Source of the DNA: Candidatus Bathyarchaeota archaeon
GTDB taxonomy: Archaea; Thermoproteota; Bathyarchaeia; Bathyarchaeales; Bathycorpusculaceae
Assembly (NCBI GenBank): GCA_963826715.1
Contig: CAWGYA010000008.1
Span: 736,001-800,000 of the forward strand
Direction of reading: 5' to 3'
Length of the DNA: 64,000 nucleotides
Shown here: positions 49,788-59,337 of the stretch, piece after piece
How positions within the stretch are numbered: position 1 is the stretch's first letter
Layout of the letters: each line of letters starts with the position of its first letter
Notes under the pieces: generated by a model
Databases searched by the model: none
The model's input: the letters and a program-made list of their open reading frames with translations, nothing else
Told to the model about the DNA's origin: nothing
Translations under genes and position numbers: made by a program

Positions 49788-51269
49788 ATAGGCTGCGGCA
49801 TCTTTGGTGCAATAAATTATGAAAGTCAACCCGTTTTCCCTTATATTTACTGGGGACTAAGGGCACAGAATCATCGAGGTCACCAATCGCATGGTTTCCT
49901 CACTTTCAATAATAAACAATATTTTACCTATAAAAACCTCGACCTTGTGCCGAAAGTTAAAAGCACCGCAATAACTGAATGGTTTGGGCGATTGCCTGGA
50001 CATATAGGCATAGGAAATGTTCGCTATACCACATCAGGCAAATGTGATGAAGTTTCTATACTCCAAGGCACACAACCAGTCACAGCCTCGGTGGATGGAA
50101 TCAAACTTGCGCTATCCTTCAATGGCAATATTGTGAACACTTTGCCACTTAAGAAAGAGATGAGCGAGAATTTTTCTGATTTCTACTATAACTGCGATTC
50201 TGATATCGTCTGCCACAAAATGTTACTAGCCCTCAAGCAGGGAAAAGATTTGGCGGAGGCGGCAAGGTACGTTATGGAAAGCCTAGATGGCGCGTTTTCT
50301 GTAACAGGAATAACAGGTGAGGGTGACTTTTTTGCTTTCAAAGATCCTCATGGCATAAAGCCCCTTTGTGCTGGACATGATCCTGAAGGCAAAACCTTAG
50401 CTTTTTCCTCCGAGACAGTAAGTCTTGACATGAACAGTTTTGTGCGTGATTTTGAATTAAATCCTGGAGAATTCGTGCTGGCTACCAAAGATGGCTTTAA
50501 GCGAAGCCAACTTATTAACAATCCCCGTCCAGCTTTCTGTGCTTTTGAATATGCTTACTTCGCTAGACCTGACTCACGCTTTGACGGCAAATATGTTTAT
50601 GAAATCCGCGAGGATTTTGGACGTAACATCGTAAAAGAAAACCCTGAAGTGGTTAAAGACGGTGACATTATCATGTCGGTGCCAGAAACCGGTGATGACT
50701 CCGCGATGGGGGTCCATGAAGAGTCAGGATTGCGGTGGGAACGTGCTTCTAGGCGGCATCGCTATGTTACTGAACGTGCCTTCATTTTGCTTAATCTGGA
50801 ACGGTATTCGACGATTGATAAAAAAATCAACATTTTAGGTCCCAAAGTTAAAGATAAACGTGTTATCATCACTGAAGACAGCGTAGTCCGGGGTGACACA
50901 ACCAAAGTTATAATCGAAAAGATGCGCAAGGCAGGTGCCAAAAAGGTCTATGTTTTTGTGACTTTTCCCCGCATTATAGGACCCTGTTTCTATGGCATCG
51001 ACATGTCTAGTTACGGGCAACTTATCGGCTCCCGCAACAACTCTGAAGAGATCGCTAAAATTATTGGAGCCGACGGTGTTTGTTACCAATCCATTGAGAG
51101 CTTAATTCACGCTACAGGGCAGACCGAGGATCAACTTTGTTTAGCCTGCATTACTGGTAAATATCCTACACCGTGTGCTCAGAGGATGGCTGATGCCATG
51201 AAGAGACGCTTCATAGAAGGCTATGAAGAGAAAGGCAGAATTTATGAGAACGAAGAGTCTCAGCCGTAA
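49788..51269 (+). CDS. purF: Amidophosphoribosyltransferase, probable ATA start
   Basis: 'GCGIFG...QNHRGHQSHG' lies in frame upstream of the track start at 49947. Also 'GNVRYTTSG', 'FEYAYFARPDS', 'EDSVVRGDT', 'CFYGIDM', 'CLACITG'. Confidence 0.92.
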   Translation: MGCGIFGAINYESQPVFPYIYWGLRAQNHRGHQSHGFLTFNNKQYFTYKNLDLVPKVKSTAITEWFGRLPGHIGIGNVRYTTSGKCDEVSILQGTQPVTASVDGIKLALSFNGNIVNTLPLKKEMSENFSDFYYNCDSDIVCHKMLLALKQGKDLAEAARYVMESLDGAFSVTGITGEGDFFAFKDPHGIKPLCAGHDPEGKTLAFSSETVSLDMNSFVRDFELNPGEFVLATKDGFKRSQLINNPRPAFCAFEYAYFARPDSRFDGKYVYEIREDFGRNIVKENPEVVKDGDIIMSVPETGDDSAMGVHEESGLRWERASRRHRYVTERAFILLNLERYSTIDKKINILGPKVKDKRVIITEDSVVRGDTTKVIIEKMRKAGAKKVYVFVTFPRIIGPCFYGIDMSSYGQLIGSRNNSEEIAKIIGADGVCYQSIESLIHATGQTEDQLCLACITGKYPTPCAQRMADAMKRRFIEGYEEKGRIYENEESQP

Positions 51270-51317
51270 TTGCTTTAAGCGTTCCCTCACAGAATAGTGC
51301 AGTAACGGTGTATCTGG

Positions 51318-52733
51318 ATGGAAAAGACAGGTGTACTCTTGGTTTCTTATGGCGCACGAGAAGTCGCAATGGCAGATGCGCTTCTTCGCAGTCCAAACCA
51401 TCAAGTTGAGCTCTATGTTGCTGACAAACAACGCAATCCGTTTAACGCCAAACATGCCACTAAACACGTGGTAATTCCTGGTCTTGATGTGCATGAAATT
51501 TGTAAATTCGCGCAAACTAACAAGGATCATCTTGATTTTGTTTTAGTAGGATCTGAGAATCCAATAATTAAAGGCATTCGGGACCTCATTGAAGAGAAAG
51601 TCGGCATACCTGTTATATGCCCAAAAAAAGCTTATGCCATTGAAGAGAGCAAAGTTGCTCAACGTCTGCTCTTTGAGGAGATTGCTCCGGAAGCTAATCC
51701 CAGATTTCAAGTTTTTGACCCTGCAAACTACAACTCAACTTCTGATGTTAAATCTGCTGTCTACAAGTGGCTAGATGAGCTTGATAATCAAGCTGTTGTG
51801 AAACCGGATAGACCTGCCTTGGGCAAGGGTGTGGGTGTTTGGGGTGATCATTTTGCTAGCCGAGAGGAGCTTTTTGATCATTTTCTCTCCAGCTTCAAAT
51901 TTGGCTCCGTTCTTATCGAGGAGAAAGTGCCAGGTGAGGAATCTAGTTGCATGGGCTTTTCTGATGGTAAACACTTTATTCCTTTGCCTGATACTCGCGA
52001 CTATAAACGTGCCTTCAACGGTGATCAAGGTCCGAACACCGGTGGAATGGGTTCCTATAAGGATAGTGAAGATTACTTGCCGTTTCTCACTTTGGCTGAT
52101 CGTGAAGCAGAATTGGCGTTAGCCAATAGAGTGTTTTGTGGTTGGAAAAAGAAAATTTCAGATGATACTGCTCTTCGGGGTGTGCCGCTTTATCTTGCTT
52201 TCATGCATACGGGTAGAGGCATTAAGATTTTGGAAATCAACAGTCGCCCGGGTGATCCTGAAATCATGAACCTCCTACCCGTTATCGAAGATGACTTTGT
52301 TGATGTTTGTCTTAAAATGGTGGAAGGGAACTTGATGGGTGTTGCAATGGAGCAGGCGGCGACGGTTTTAACCTACAAGGTTCCAGCAGATTACGGTGGA
52401 TACGCAAATGTTTACCCCACTTTGGTGGATAAAATCGCTGTTGATAGTCCAGTTGATCTGTCCAAGGCTGAAGCGTTGACAAAGAAATATGGCGACAACA
52501 TTCGCATCTATCCGGGCTCAATGGAAGTTCGTGGTGGTAAAAATTATGCCCTGAAATCCCGTGCTATAGGTCTTTTGGGGATCGGTGATTCTATTGAGGA
52601 AGCTCGCCAAATCAGCCAGGAGGGTGCTAAGGCCATAAGTGGTGGGGCGCTTTGGAACCGAACTGACATCGCTACAGGGCAGCATATTTCTAAAAGTATC
52701 CGTCACATGGAGCAACTGAGATGCAAAGCATAA
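51318..52733 (+). CDS. purD: Phosphoribosylamine--glycine ligase
   Basis: 'GARE', 'IEESK', 'VVKPD..ALGKGV', 'DYKRAFNGDQGPNTGGMGS', 'EINSRPGDPE', 'RTDI'. Confidence 0.93.
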   Translation: MEKTGVLLVSYGAREVAMADALLRSPNHQVELYVADKQRNPFNAKHATKHVVIPGLDVHEICKFAQTNKDHLDFVLVGSENPIIKGIRDLIEEKVGIPVICPKKAYAIEESKVAQRLLFEEIAPEANPRFQVFDPANYNSTSDVKSAVYKWLDELDNQAVVKPDRPALGKGVGVWGDHFASREELFDHFLSSFKFGSVLIEEKVPGEESSCMGFSDGKHFIPLPDTRDYKRAFNGDQGPNTGGMGSYKDSEDYLPFLTLADREAELALANRVFCGWKKKISDDTALRGVPLYLAFMHTGRGIKILEINSRPGDPEIMNLLPVIEDDFVDVCLKMVEGNLMGVAMEQAATVLTYKVPADYGGYANVYPTLVDKIAVDSPVDLSKAEALTKKYGDNIRIYPGSMEVRGGKNYALKSRAIGLLGIGDSIEEARQISQEGAKAISGGALWNRTDIATGQHISKSIRHMEQLRCKA

Positions 52734-53812
52734 AGAAAATTGTTGTTTCGGACTGTGAGGGTCCAATATCTAAAAATGATAATGCCTATGAACTTTCGGC
52801 GCATTTCATTCCAGATGGAGATAAACTCTTTGCTAACATAAGCAAGTATGATGATGTTCTTGCAGAGGTGCTGCATAGGCCAAATTATGCTGCGGGTAGT
52901 ACTCTGAAGCTGATTTTGCCTTTCTTTAAAGCCTATGATGCGACTGATCGGCAAATCGAGGATTATTCAGCCCAAAACATCCTTCTTATCCCACAAACAA
53001 AAGATACTATTAGGCACATGCAGGAGTACGCCGAAGTGTTCATCGTCAGCACAAGCTATGTGCACTACATAAATGCCCTCTGCAAAGCGATTGATTTTCC
53101 AATTAACCACACATATTGCACAAAAGTAGCTCTCGACGCCTATAGTATAACGCCTGAGGAGAAGGTGCTTTTAAAGGAGATTGGGACAGAAATCTCTAAA
53201 ATGCCTCTCATCGAAATACCTGTCAACGCGAAAACTGAGGCTGATTTTTCAGATGCCGATCAAGCATTAATCAAGCGGTTAGACGAAATCTTTTGGGAAA
53301 TACTTCCTAAATTGAGTGTGGGTAAATTGCTTTCTGAAGTAAAGACGGTGGGTGGCGAACAGAAGGCTGAAGCCATCAAGGATGTTGTAAATCGGTTAGG
53401 CATGAGGTTCTCTGAAGTCATGTATGTTGGTGATAGTATAACAGATGTTGAAGCCTTTAAGTTGGTGCGCAAGTTTGGTGGGTTAGCTGTGTCTTTTAAT
53501 GGCAACAGTTATGCTGTTCGGAACGCCGATGTCGCTATAATGTCTGAGGGTAACTTGGTTACGGCTTTGCTTGCTGATCGCTTCTGTAGACTTGGAAAAG
53601 AGCAAACATTAAAGGCGCTTTCATATTGGTGTAAATCTGCGGTTGAACAGAGTGGCGTAAGTATTGATCTTTTAAGGCAGCTCTATGCGATTTATCCTGG
53701 GGCGCTTCCCAGAGTTGAATTGGTAACGTTGCATAATGTTGATGGTCTTGTTAGGGAGAGTGCTGAATTCCGCAGAACTGTTAGAGGAGTAGCAATAGGG
53801 AGACTTGGATAA
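52721..53812 (+). CDS. HAD-superfamily hydrolase (COG4030 / EhaR-like)
   Basis: 'SDCEGPISKNDNAYEL', 'STSY', 'KAEA', 'YVGDSITD', 'SFNGNSYA', end 'VRGVAIGRLG'. Overlaps purD by 13 nt. Confidence 0.8.
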   Translation: MQSIKKIVVSDCEGPISKNDNAYELSAHFIPDGDKLFANISKYDDVLAEVLHRPNYAAGSTLKLILPFFKAYDATDRQIEDYSAQNILLIPQTKDTIRHMQEYAEVFIVSTSYVHYINALCKAIDFPINHTYCTKVALDAYSITPEEKVLLKEIGTEISKMPLIEIPVNAKTEADFSDADQALIKRLDEIFWEILPKLSVGKLLSEVKTVGGEQKAEAIKDVVNRLGMRFSEVMYVGDSITDVEAFKLVRKFGGLAVSFNGNSYAVRNADVAIMSEGNLVTALLADRFCRLGKEQTLKALSYWCKSAVEQSGVSIDLLRQLYAIYPGALPRVELVTLHNVDGLVRESAEFRRTVRGVAIGRLG

Positions 53813-53813
53813 A

Positions 53814-54719
53814 ATGGACAATAAAATTGATGATACGTTTATTGAAGCCTTTGCTGGAATATTTTGTCGCGTAATTGTAACTGCAGATGACGAGGAAACC
53901 GTCCGTAAAGCTGCTGAAGACTCAACTTCTACTCCGTCGGTTGTTATAGGTAGAACTGAGGGCGGCGTAGAAAAATACTTATCTGAAAAACAAACCCCTG
54001 ATGGACGCAAAGGGGCTATTCTTCAGTTCTGGGGTGGAATTAATCCCAAGAAAACTTTTTCTGAGTCGCTTAAAAAGTTTGAAATGGAGCTTTCTTATCG
54101 AATTCGTCAAGATATTCTGGTTAAGCCGTTCACAGCTGTTTACGATGCTCTTCCCCGAGCCGAGGGCAAGTTTGATATGATGGAGCGTGTTGGGCATTGT
54201 GGTGATGGTTTTGAATGGGTTGAAACGCGGTATGGTAGAGAAGTTATAGTTGTGCCTTTGATGGTTCCGGATTTTGTCATCGAACATTATATTGGTTATG
54301 CCCAGGGTGTGATGGGGGGTAACTTTTGGATTATGTGCTCCACAAAAGAAGCGCTTAAACAAGCGGGAAATAAAGCCCTAAAGGCTATTCATAAGGTATA
54401 TGGTGCAGTAACAACTTTTGACATATGTTCTGCAGGTTCAAAACCCGAAACCCACTTCCTGCAAATCGGGCCCACAACTAACCAATTTTACTGTCCTTCG
54501 CTCAAGGCTCGTTTGGGAAAAGAATCCCAGGTTCCTGACGGCGTTAAATATATCGCTGAAATCGTTTACGATGGTCTATCTTTAGATGCAGTTAAAGAAG
54601 CTACCAAAGTAGGCATCAAAGCAGTTCTTGATGTTGAGGGTGTGGTGCGGGTTTCTGCAGGTAATTATGGTGGCAAACTAGGTCAATATAAGATACGGTT
54701 GAGTGAGTTGTTTGTATGA
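53814..54719 (+). CDS. Formylmethanofuran:H4MPT formyltransferase-like protein (divergent Ftr paralogue)
   Basis: Ftr motifs 'DTFIEAF', 'TPDGR', 'GGNF', 'YCPSL', 'SAGNYGGKLG', with divergent 'STPSVVIGRTEGG', 'RIRQDILVKPFT' and 'HCGDG'. Confidence 0.88.
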   Translation: MDNKIDDTFIEAFAGIFCRVIVTADDEETVRKAAEDSTSTPSVVIGRTEGGVEKYLSEKQTPDGRKGAILQFWGGINPKKTFSESLKKFEMELSYRIRQDILVKPFTAVYDALPRAEGKFDMMERVGHCGDGFEWVETRYGREVIVVPLMVPDFVIEHYIGYAQGVMGGNFWIMCSTKEALKQAGNKALKAIHKVYGAVTTFDICSAGSKPETHFLQIGPTTNQFYCPSLKARLGKESQVPDGVKYIAEIVYDGLSLDAVKEATKVGIKAVLDVEGVVRVSAGNYGGKLGQYKIRLSELFV

Positions 54720-55627
54720 CAAAGTTTGATGTAATTGGTTTTGGTGCACTCAACATTGACACACTTTTAAAAGTAGACAAGATTGCAGGTGCCGAGGAAG
54801 AGAGCTTTATCCGTGACTACACTGAAGCATGTGGTGGTTCAGCAGCTAACACAATAGTTGGCTTGGCTAGATTGGGTTGTAACGTAGGTTTTGTAGGCAA
54901 AGTTGCTGATGACCCTGAGGGGCAACTTCAAATTGACTGCTTCAAAGCTGAAGGCGTGGACACTGACGGTCTTATTCATTCGGCAAAAGGCAAAAGCGGT
55001 GTCTGCTTGGGGTTTGTTGACAAGAAAGGTGCGCGTGCACTCTATATCAACCCCGGGGTCAACGATTCAATAGAATTTCGAGAGTTAAAATCCACATATA
55101 TTTCTCAAACCCAAATCCTGCATCTATCGTCCTTTGTTGGAGAAAAATCTTTCAGATCGCAAAAGAAGCTCTTGAGCTATCTACCTGACGGCATAAAAAT
55201 CAGCTTTGATCCAGGTGCCCTATACGCTCAGAGAGGCTTTGCAGCTATTGAACCAATCATTCAAAATTCTTTTGTTATGATGCCTAACTCTCTTGAACTT
55301 GAACTAATAACTGGTGAAAGTGACATACCTAAAGGCGCTGAATTGCTGCTTGGTATGGGTGTTAAAATTGTCGCTGTCAAACTTGGTGCCAAAGGATGCT
55401 ACGTTACCAACGGTCAAGAGAAGGGCATAGTAGGACCCTTCAAAGTCCAAGCGGTTGATACAACTGGCGCTGGAGATGCCTTTAATGCAGGTTTCCTGTA
55501 TGGTCTACTTAACGATAAGGCTCTCTTCGAATGTGGCAGATTGGGTAATTTTGTTGCTTCTAGAAGCGTAATTAGGATGGGGGCTCGGGAAGGCTTGCCG
55601 CACAAAGAGGATTTATCAAGAGTCTAG
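54716..55627 (+). CDS. PfkB/ribokinase family kinase
   Basis: 'GGSAANT', 'SFDPG', 'VKLGAKG', 'VDTTGAGDAFNAG'. ATGA overlap with the Ftr-like gene. Confidence 0.92.
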   Translation: MTKFDVIGFGALNIDTLLKVDKIAGAEEESFIRDYTEACGGSAANTIVGLARLGCNVGFVGKVADDPEGQLQIDCFKAEGVDTDGLIHSAKGKSGVCLGFVDKKGARALYINPGVNDSIEFRELKSTYISQTQILHLSSFVGEKSFRSQKKLLSYLPDGIKISFDPGALYAQRGFAAIEPIIQNSFVMMPNSLELELITGESDIPKGAELLLGMGVKIVAVKLGAKGCYVTNGQEKGIVGPFKVQAVDTTGAGDAFNAGFLYGLLNDKALFECGRLGNFVASRSVIRMGAREGLPHKEDLSRV

Positions 55628-55711
55628 TCATCTCGGAAAAGGTTGATTAATATTTTTCTTGTAGGGTTACGTTGGAAATGGTTAGTTATAATTTAAAAGA
55701 GGAAGGTGAAT

Positions 55712-56170
55712 TTATTGTTCGCCGGTTATGGAAATTTGGACGCTAAAGTTTGTTACGTCGGTTATGCTAGATGAGACTGTTAGAGTTATGGTTGCGGTGG
55801 TTACTTGACCTGGTGTAAGTACTGTGTTTTCTCTGTTCCAAGTTATTATTATTGGTCCATTAGCGCTTGACGGGTTCCAACTTGATGTTGCCATACTTAG
55901 TGAAAGTGATACTCCAGCGCCAGTATTTTTAACATAGATTGTTTGTGTCGTACTTTCTCCCGGTGTTAGATTTCCCCAACTAATTGTGCTTAGCGTAGTG
56001 GTACATGCACTGTCAGAGTAAACCCCGAGATTTGCTGATACATCAACTGTTCCAGTTGTGGAGAGGTTTCGATTTGTACTTAAGGCTGCGTAAGTTGTGG
56101 CTGTGAGAACAGTTGCTACTACAATTAATACTGTTATGCTCAAAACGATTTTTTTATTTGTAAAACCCAT
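55712..56170 (-). CDS. Small secreted Thr/Ser-rich beta protein (possible fibre subunit)
   Basis: Signal peptide 'NKKIVLSITVLIVVATVLTATTYAAL'; 'WGNLTPGESTTQTIYVKNTG'; no C-terminal anchor. Confidence 0.7.
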   Translation of the reverse strand: MGFTNKKIVLSITVLIVVATVLTATTYAALSTNRNLSTTGTVDVSANLGVYSDSACTTTLSTISWGNLTPGESTTQTIYVKNTGAGVSLSLSMATSSWNPSSANGPIIITWNRENTVLTPGQVTTATITLTVSSSITDVTNFSVQISITGEQ

Positions 56171-56389
56171 ACTTATCACATGTCTCAAGTGTTAATACTT
56201 GTTACAATAGACTGCTTTAAAAACTTTTGTTAAAACACGGTAAATATGCTGATTTGTACAACAATAATACTCTCTAATTTACTTTAATTTGTCATTCTTG
56301 GCTACCTCCCGTAGAACTGATTTGCTATCATTCAGAATAACTATTATATAGTTGGTAACAGCGTTAAAATTACACAGGCGATTGATTAC

Positions 56390-56818
56390 TTGCAAACCGA
56401 CAGTGACTCCGCTAAGGGATCTGATGAGCATTCTTCTCGAGGTAAGAGTCAAAACCAAAAGCGCCTTGTTGAGGAATTAATTGTTCAATGGAAACTCTTG
56501 TGGGGAGAACGGTTTGATGACAAAATAAGGGCTGAAGGCATTTCTGTAACTGATTATGCGAGTTTGTTTGTGGAGCAAGGAATGGTTATTCATGCAACCA
56601 AAGATTTCAAGGCTTTGAACTTCAAAGATATTTTAGAAAAGCACATGGTTGAAAATCCTGAACGATATATCCAACCTAATGTTAATTTAGGTGGTTGGAA
56701 CAAGTTTATAAAAACAGAAGTTATAGGTCAAAGGACTAAAATGAAAAACTCTCAACCTAAAAAGCCATCTATTCAGACGCAAAAAAAGAGTAAACGCGGT
56801 TGGCTTCATACAACCTAA
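56390..56818 (+). CDS. Hypothetical protein
   Basis: 142-aa ORF with a plausible composition and no recognised motif. Confidence 0.6.
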   Translation: MQTDSDSAKGSDEHSSRGKSQNQKRLVEELIVQWKLLWGERFDDKIRAEGISVTDYASLFVEQGMVIHATKDFKALNFKDILEKHMVENPERYIQPNVNLGGWNKFIKTEVIGQRTKMKNSQPKKPSIQTQKKSKRGWLHTT

Positions 56819-57267
56819 TTTAGGATTTAAGGCTGTATCTATTTATTATTTGAAGGTCAAAATCGTGCTATTGGAAAACTGTATTTTTTATTGAGGTTAG
56901 TTTTAAGTGTTTTTGTTACGCAATTTGGATCCTCGGCGTGAGGTTTTGGGTTTTTGGGCAGAAAAATTTTCGAAGGTGATTTTTCATCTCCTTGGAAGAT
57001 ATTTTTGGAGTATGGTTTTGCGAGTTTCTTTCAGAGGATGCTTTTTTGGGGTTACTGGAAAAAATTCTGGATTCTTCTAGATGATTTTATATAGAAGTTT
57101 TCTGCTGGATTAACTAACGATATCCTATTGCTTATATGGAAACATTGGGAACGGCAACAATCAGAATATTGACCTATTGATTCTCGTCCACTCCTGTCAG
57201 GGAGGGATTGTTATAGGATAAGTTATGTTCATCCACTTTTAGACTTTTATTGGACGCGTGGATTATC

Positions 57268-57591
57268 TTGGCTAATTATCGACAAAGGTTAGATATTATA
57301 GCTGATATACTTGAAGTTGTAAGTGTTGATGCTAAAAAGACTCAGATTATGTTTAAGGCAAACTTGAGTTACAAAGCATTAACTAAATATCTATCTGACG
57401 TAATAAAAGCCTCACTCGTTACATATGAGCAGAAACGACAATGTTATAGGCTTACTGATAAAGGACATAATTTTTTGAATACTTACAAAGTTTATTGTAA
57501 AACTAACAAGCAAATTATGAAGCGTGAAGAAACCAAGAAAGCTTTAGATGCATTATGTCCATGTAGTAAATTCAGTCAGACTTTAGATTGA
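57268..57591 (+). CDS. Winged-helix regulator (COG3432/HTH_45-like)
   Basis: 'YRQRLDIIADILE....KKTQIMFKANLSY....YL......YRLTDKG..FL'. Confidence 0.85.
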   Translation: MANYRQRLDIIADILEVVSVDAKKTQIMFKANLSYKALTKYLSDVIKASLVTYEQKRQCYRLTDKGHNFLNTYKVYCKTNKQIMKREETKKALDALCPCSKFSQTLD

Positions 57592-57644
57592 ATGCAATAT
57601 CTTAACTTTTGTCAATGTTGATTGTCGCTTCTTGAGGTGATGGC

Positions 57645-58145
57645 TTGAATAGACAGGCGTTTTTGATAATTATTGCGCTCTCTATTTTACTAGTAATTTC
57701 GAGTTCCTATATTGTGCTCGTTAGTGCAGAAAATGATAATAGTGAAATAAACGCTGCTCGTTTATCTATTGACCAAGCTTTCTTGAATGTTTTGACTGCT
57801 GAAGAAGCAGGTGGAAATGTTACTGAGCTACTGTTTAAGTTAAACGGTGCTGGACAACTTTTAGCAGATGCTGAAAATATCTATAAAAGTGGCAGTTCAG
57901 AGAATGTTACTTATGCTGCCCGAAATGCTATCGCACTTGCTAATCAAATTAACGATGAGGCTATTGCTCTTCGCAACGTCAATATTTTAGCGTCGCAGAA
58001 CAATCTTTGGTTCACTTTGGCTTTTTCACTTGTCGGGGCAGTTGTTTTTGCGTGCGCTATCTTTTTTATTTGGCGTTGGTTCAAGCGCCGTTTTATAACC
58101 AGATTTCTTGACATGAGACCAGAGGTGTTAGATGATGCACCTTGA
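57645..58145 (+). CDS. Secreted helical protein with C-terminal TM anchor
   Basis: N-terminal signal, 'AEEAGGNVTELL.KLN.A..LL', C-terminal TM helix and basic tail. Confidence 0.7.
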   Translation: MNRQAFLIIIALSILLVISSSYIVLVSAENDNSEINAARLSIDQAFLNVLTAEEAGGNVTELLFKLNGAGQLLADAENIYKSGSSENVTYAARNAIALANQINDEAIALRNVNILASQNNLWFTLAFSLVGAVVFACAIFFIWRWFKRRFITRFLDMRPEVLDDAP

Positions 58146-58728
58146 TAATTACAAGATTATCTTTATTGCAGTTGGTTTAATCGGTATCTTGTTGTTTTCC
58201 TGGCCAACTATCGGTCTGTTAGTAAAGCCTCCTCTGGGGGAAGTATTCTCTGAACTCTACATTCTTGGACCTAATCATTCGTTCGATGACGTCCCTTTTA
58301 ACATTACAGCGGGAGTAACATATTCTGTCTTTTTGGGAGTAGGAAACCATTTGGGCTCCTCTAGTTACTACACGACCTTCGTAAAGTTTGGCAATGAGAC
58401 TGAACCTCTTCCTAATGTAACGCCAGGAATACCCAGTCCCTTGCCTGCACTATATGAATATGATTTTTTTATTAATAATGGTGGTAATTGGGAGACTCCT
58501 TTCACCTTCAAAATTAACGATGTAAGTTTTTCTGCTGATAAGTCCTCTCTGAATAATATTACTATTAATGGGCGGGATTTTCGAGTAAACGAAGCATCTG
58601 TTTGGAATGTAAATAAAACTGGTTATTATTATAATCTTATTGTGGAGCTATGGCTGTTTAACTCTACTTTAGGTGTTTCTCAATTTCATAATCGTTCTGT
58701 TAATTTAATTTTGAATATGACTGGTTAG
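58132..58728 (+). CDS. DUF1616-like membrane protein
   Basis: TM helix followed by 'EVFSELYILGP...P.NI..G..YSVFLGVGNH'. Confidence 0.7.
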   Translation: MMHLDNYKIIFIAVGLIGILLFSWPTIGLLVKPPLGEVFSELYILGPNHSFDDVPFNITAGVTYSVFLGVGNHLGSSSYYTTFVKFGNETEPLPNVTPGIPSPLPALYEYDFFINNGGNWETPFTFKINDVSFSADKSSLNNITINGRDFRVNEASVWNVNKTGYYYNLIVELWLFNSTLGVSQFHNRSVNLILNMTG

Positions 58729-59337
58729 AGCTTTTTAAAAATTGGCAAAGCATCCATACTGCAGTTTCCTATATAATGACACACTTTTTGTGTCCCTGAT
58801 TGAAACGTCTTTTGTGGAAGGAGAATTTGTCATTCATAACAGTTTTGAAGGGACCCAATTGTAATGCTGCAAACTTCAAAAATAGGTATTTGGAGTACGG
58901 TAATCGATTTAACATTGATTTCTCTCTATAAGGTTTGAAGGGATATTCTGACTTTCTGACAACTGTAGCTACTTTCCATCCGTTGTTGGATTAATTTCTC
59001 AGTTTATGAGATTTGAATTTTCTTAAGAGATCATTAGAGTGGATCTTTTGTGAGAACATTTTACGATTTCAAAATTTTGATAATTAACTTAGGCTAAATA
59101 ATTATGTTATAAACGGCTTAAACTTGAGGTCTCCATTTCAGATTGTTATCGAATTAGAGATAAAAACTCAAATTGGAGCACTATCTTATCATTTTGAGGA
59201 TAATTAATCAGTTTTGTAGCGTAAAATTTACACGTTATAAAAATTTGTTGATGATGTTTTTTTATTTATCGAATACGTCTATATTATTTAAAAGGTAATG
59301 ATATTACTCATAAGAGAAAACCCGAGGAAAAGAACAA

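Noticed and set aside
53814-54719. Reading the Ftr-like gene and cdh operon as evidence of methanogenesis
   Set aside because: There are no mcr or mtr genes in the window. CODH/ACS indicates only the Wood-Ljungdahl carbonyl branch, and the Ftr homologue is divergent.
56820-57240. T-rich, strand-biased spacer containing a ~50-codon ORF
   Set aside because: No repeat periodicity, RNA structure or protein motif could be identified.
58769-58990. Stop-free minus-strand frame of about 70 codons in the AT-rich spacer before rfbD
   Set aside because: No start at its 5' end and no recognisable motif. It could be a gene remnant but I cannot support that.
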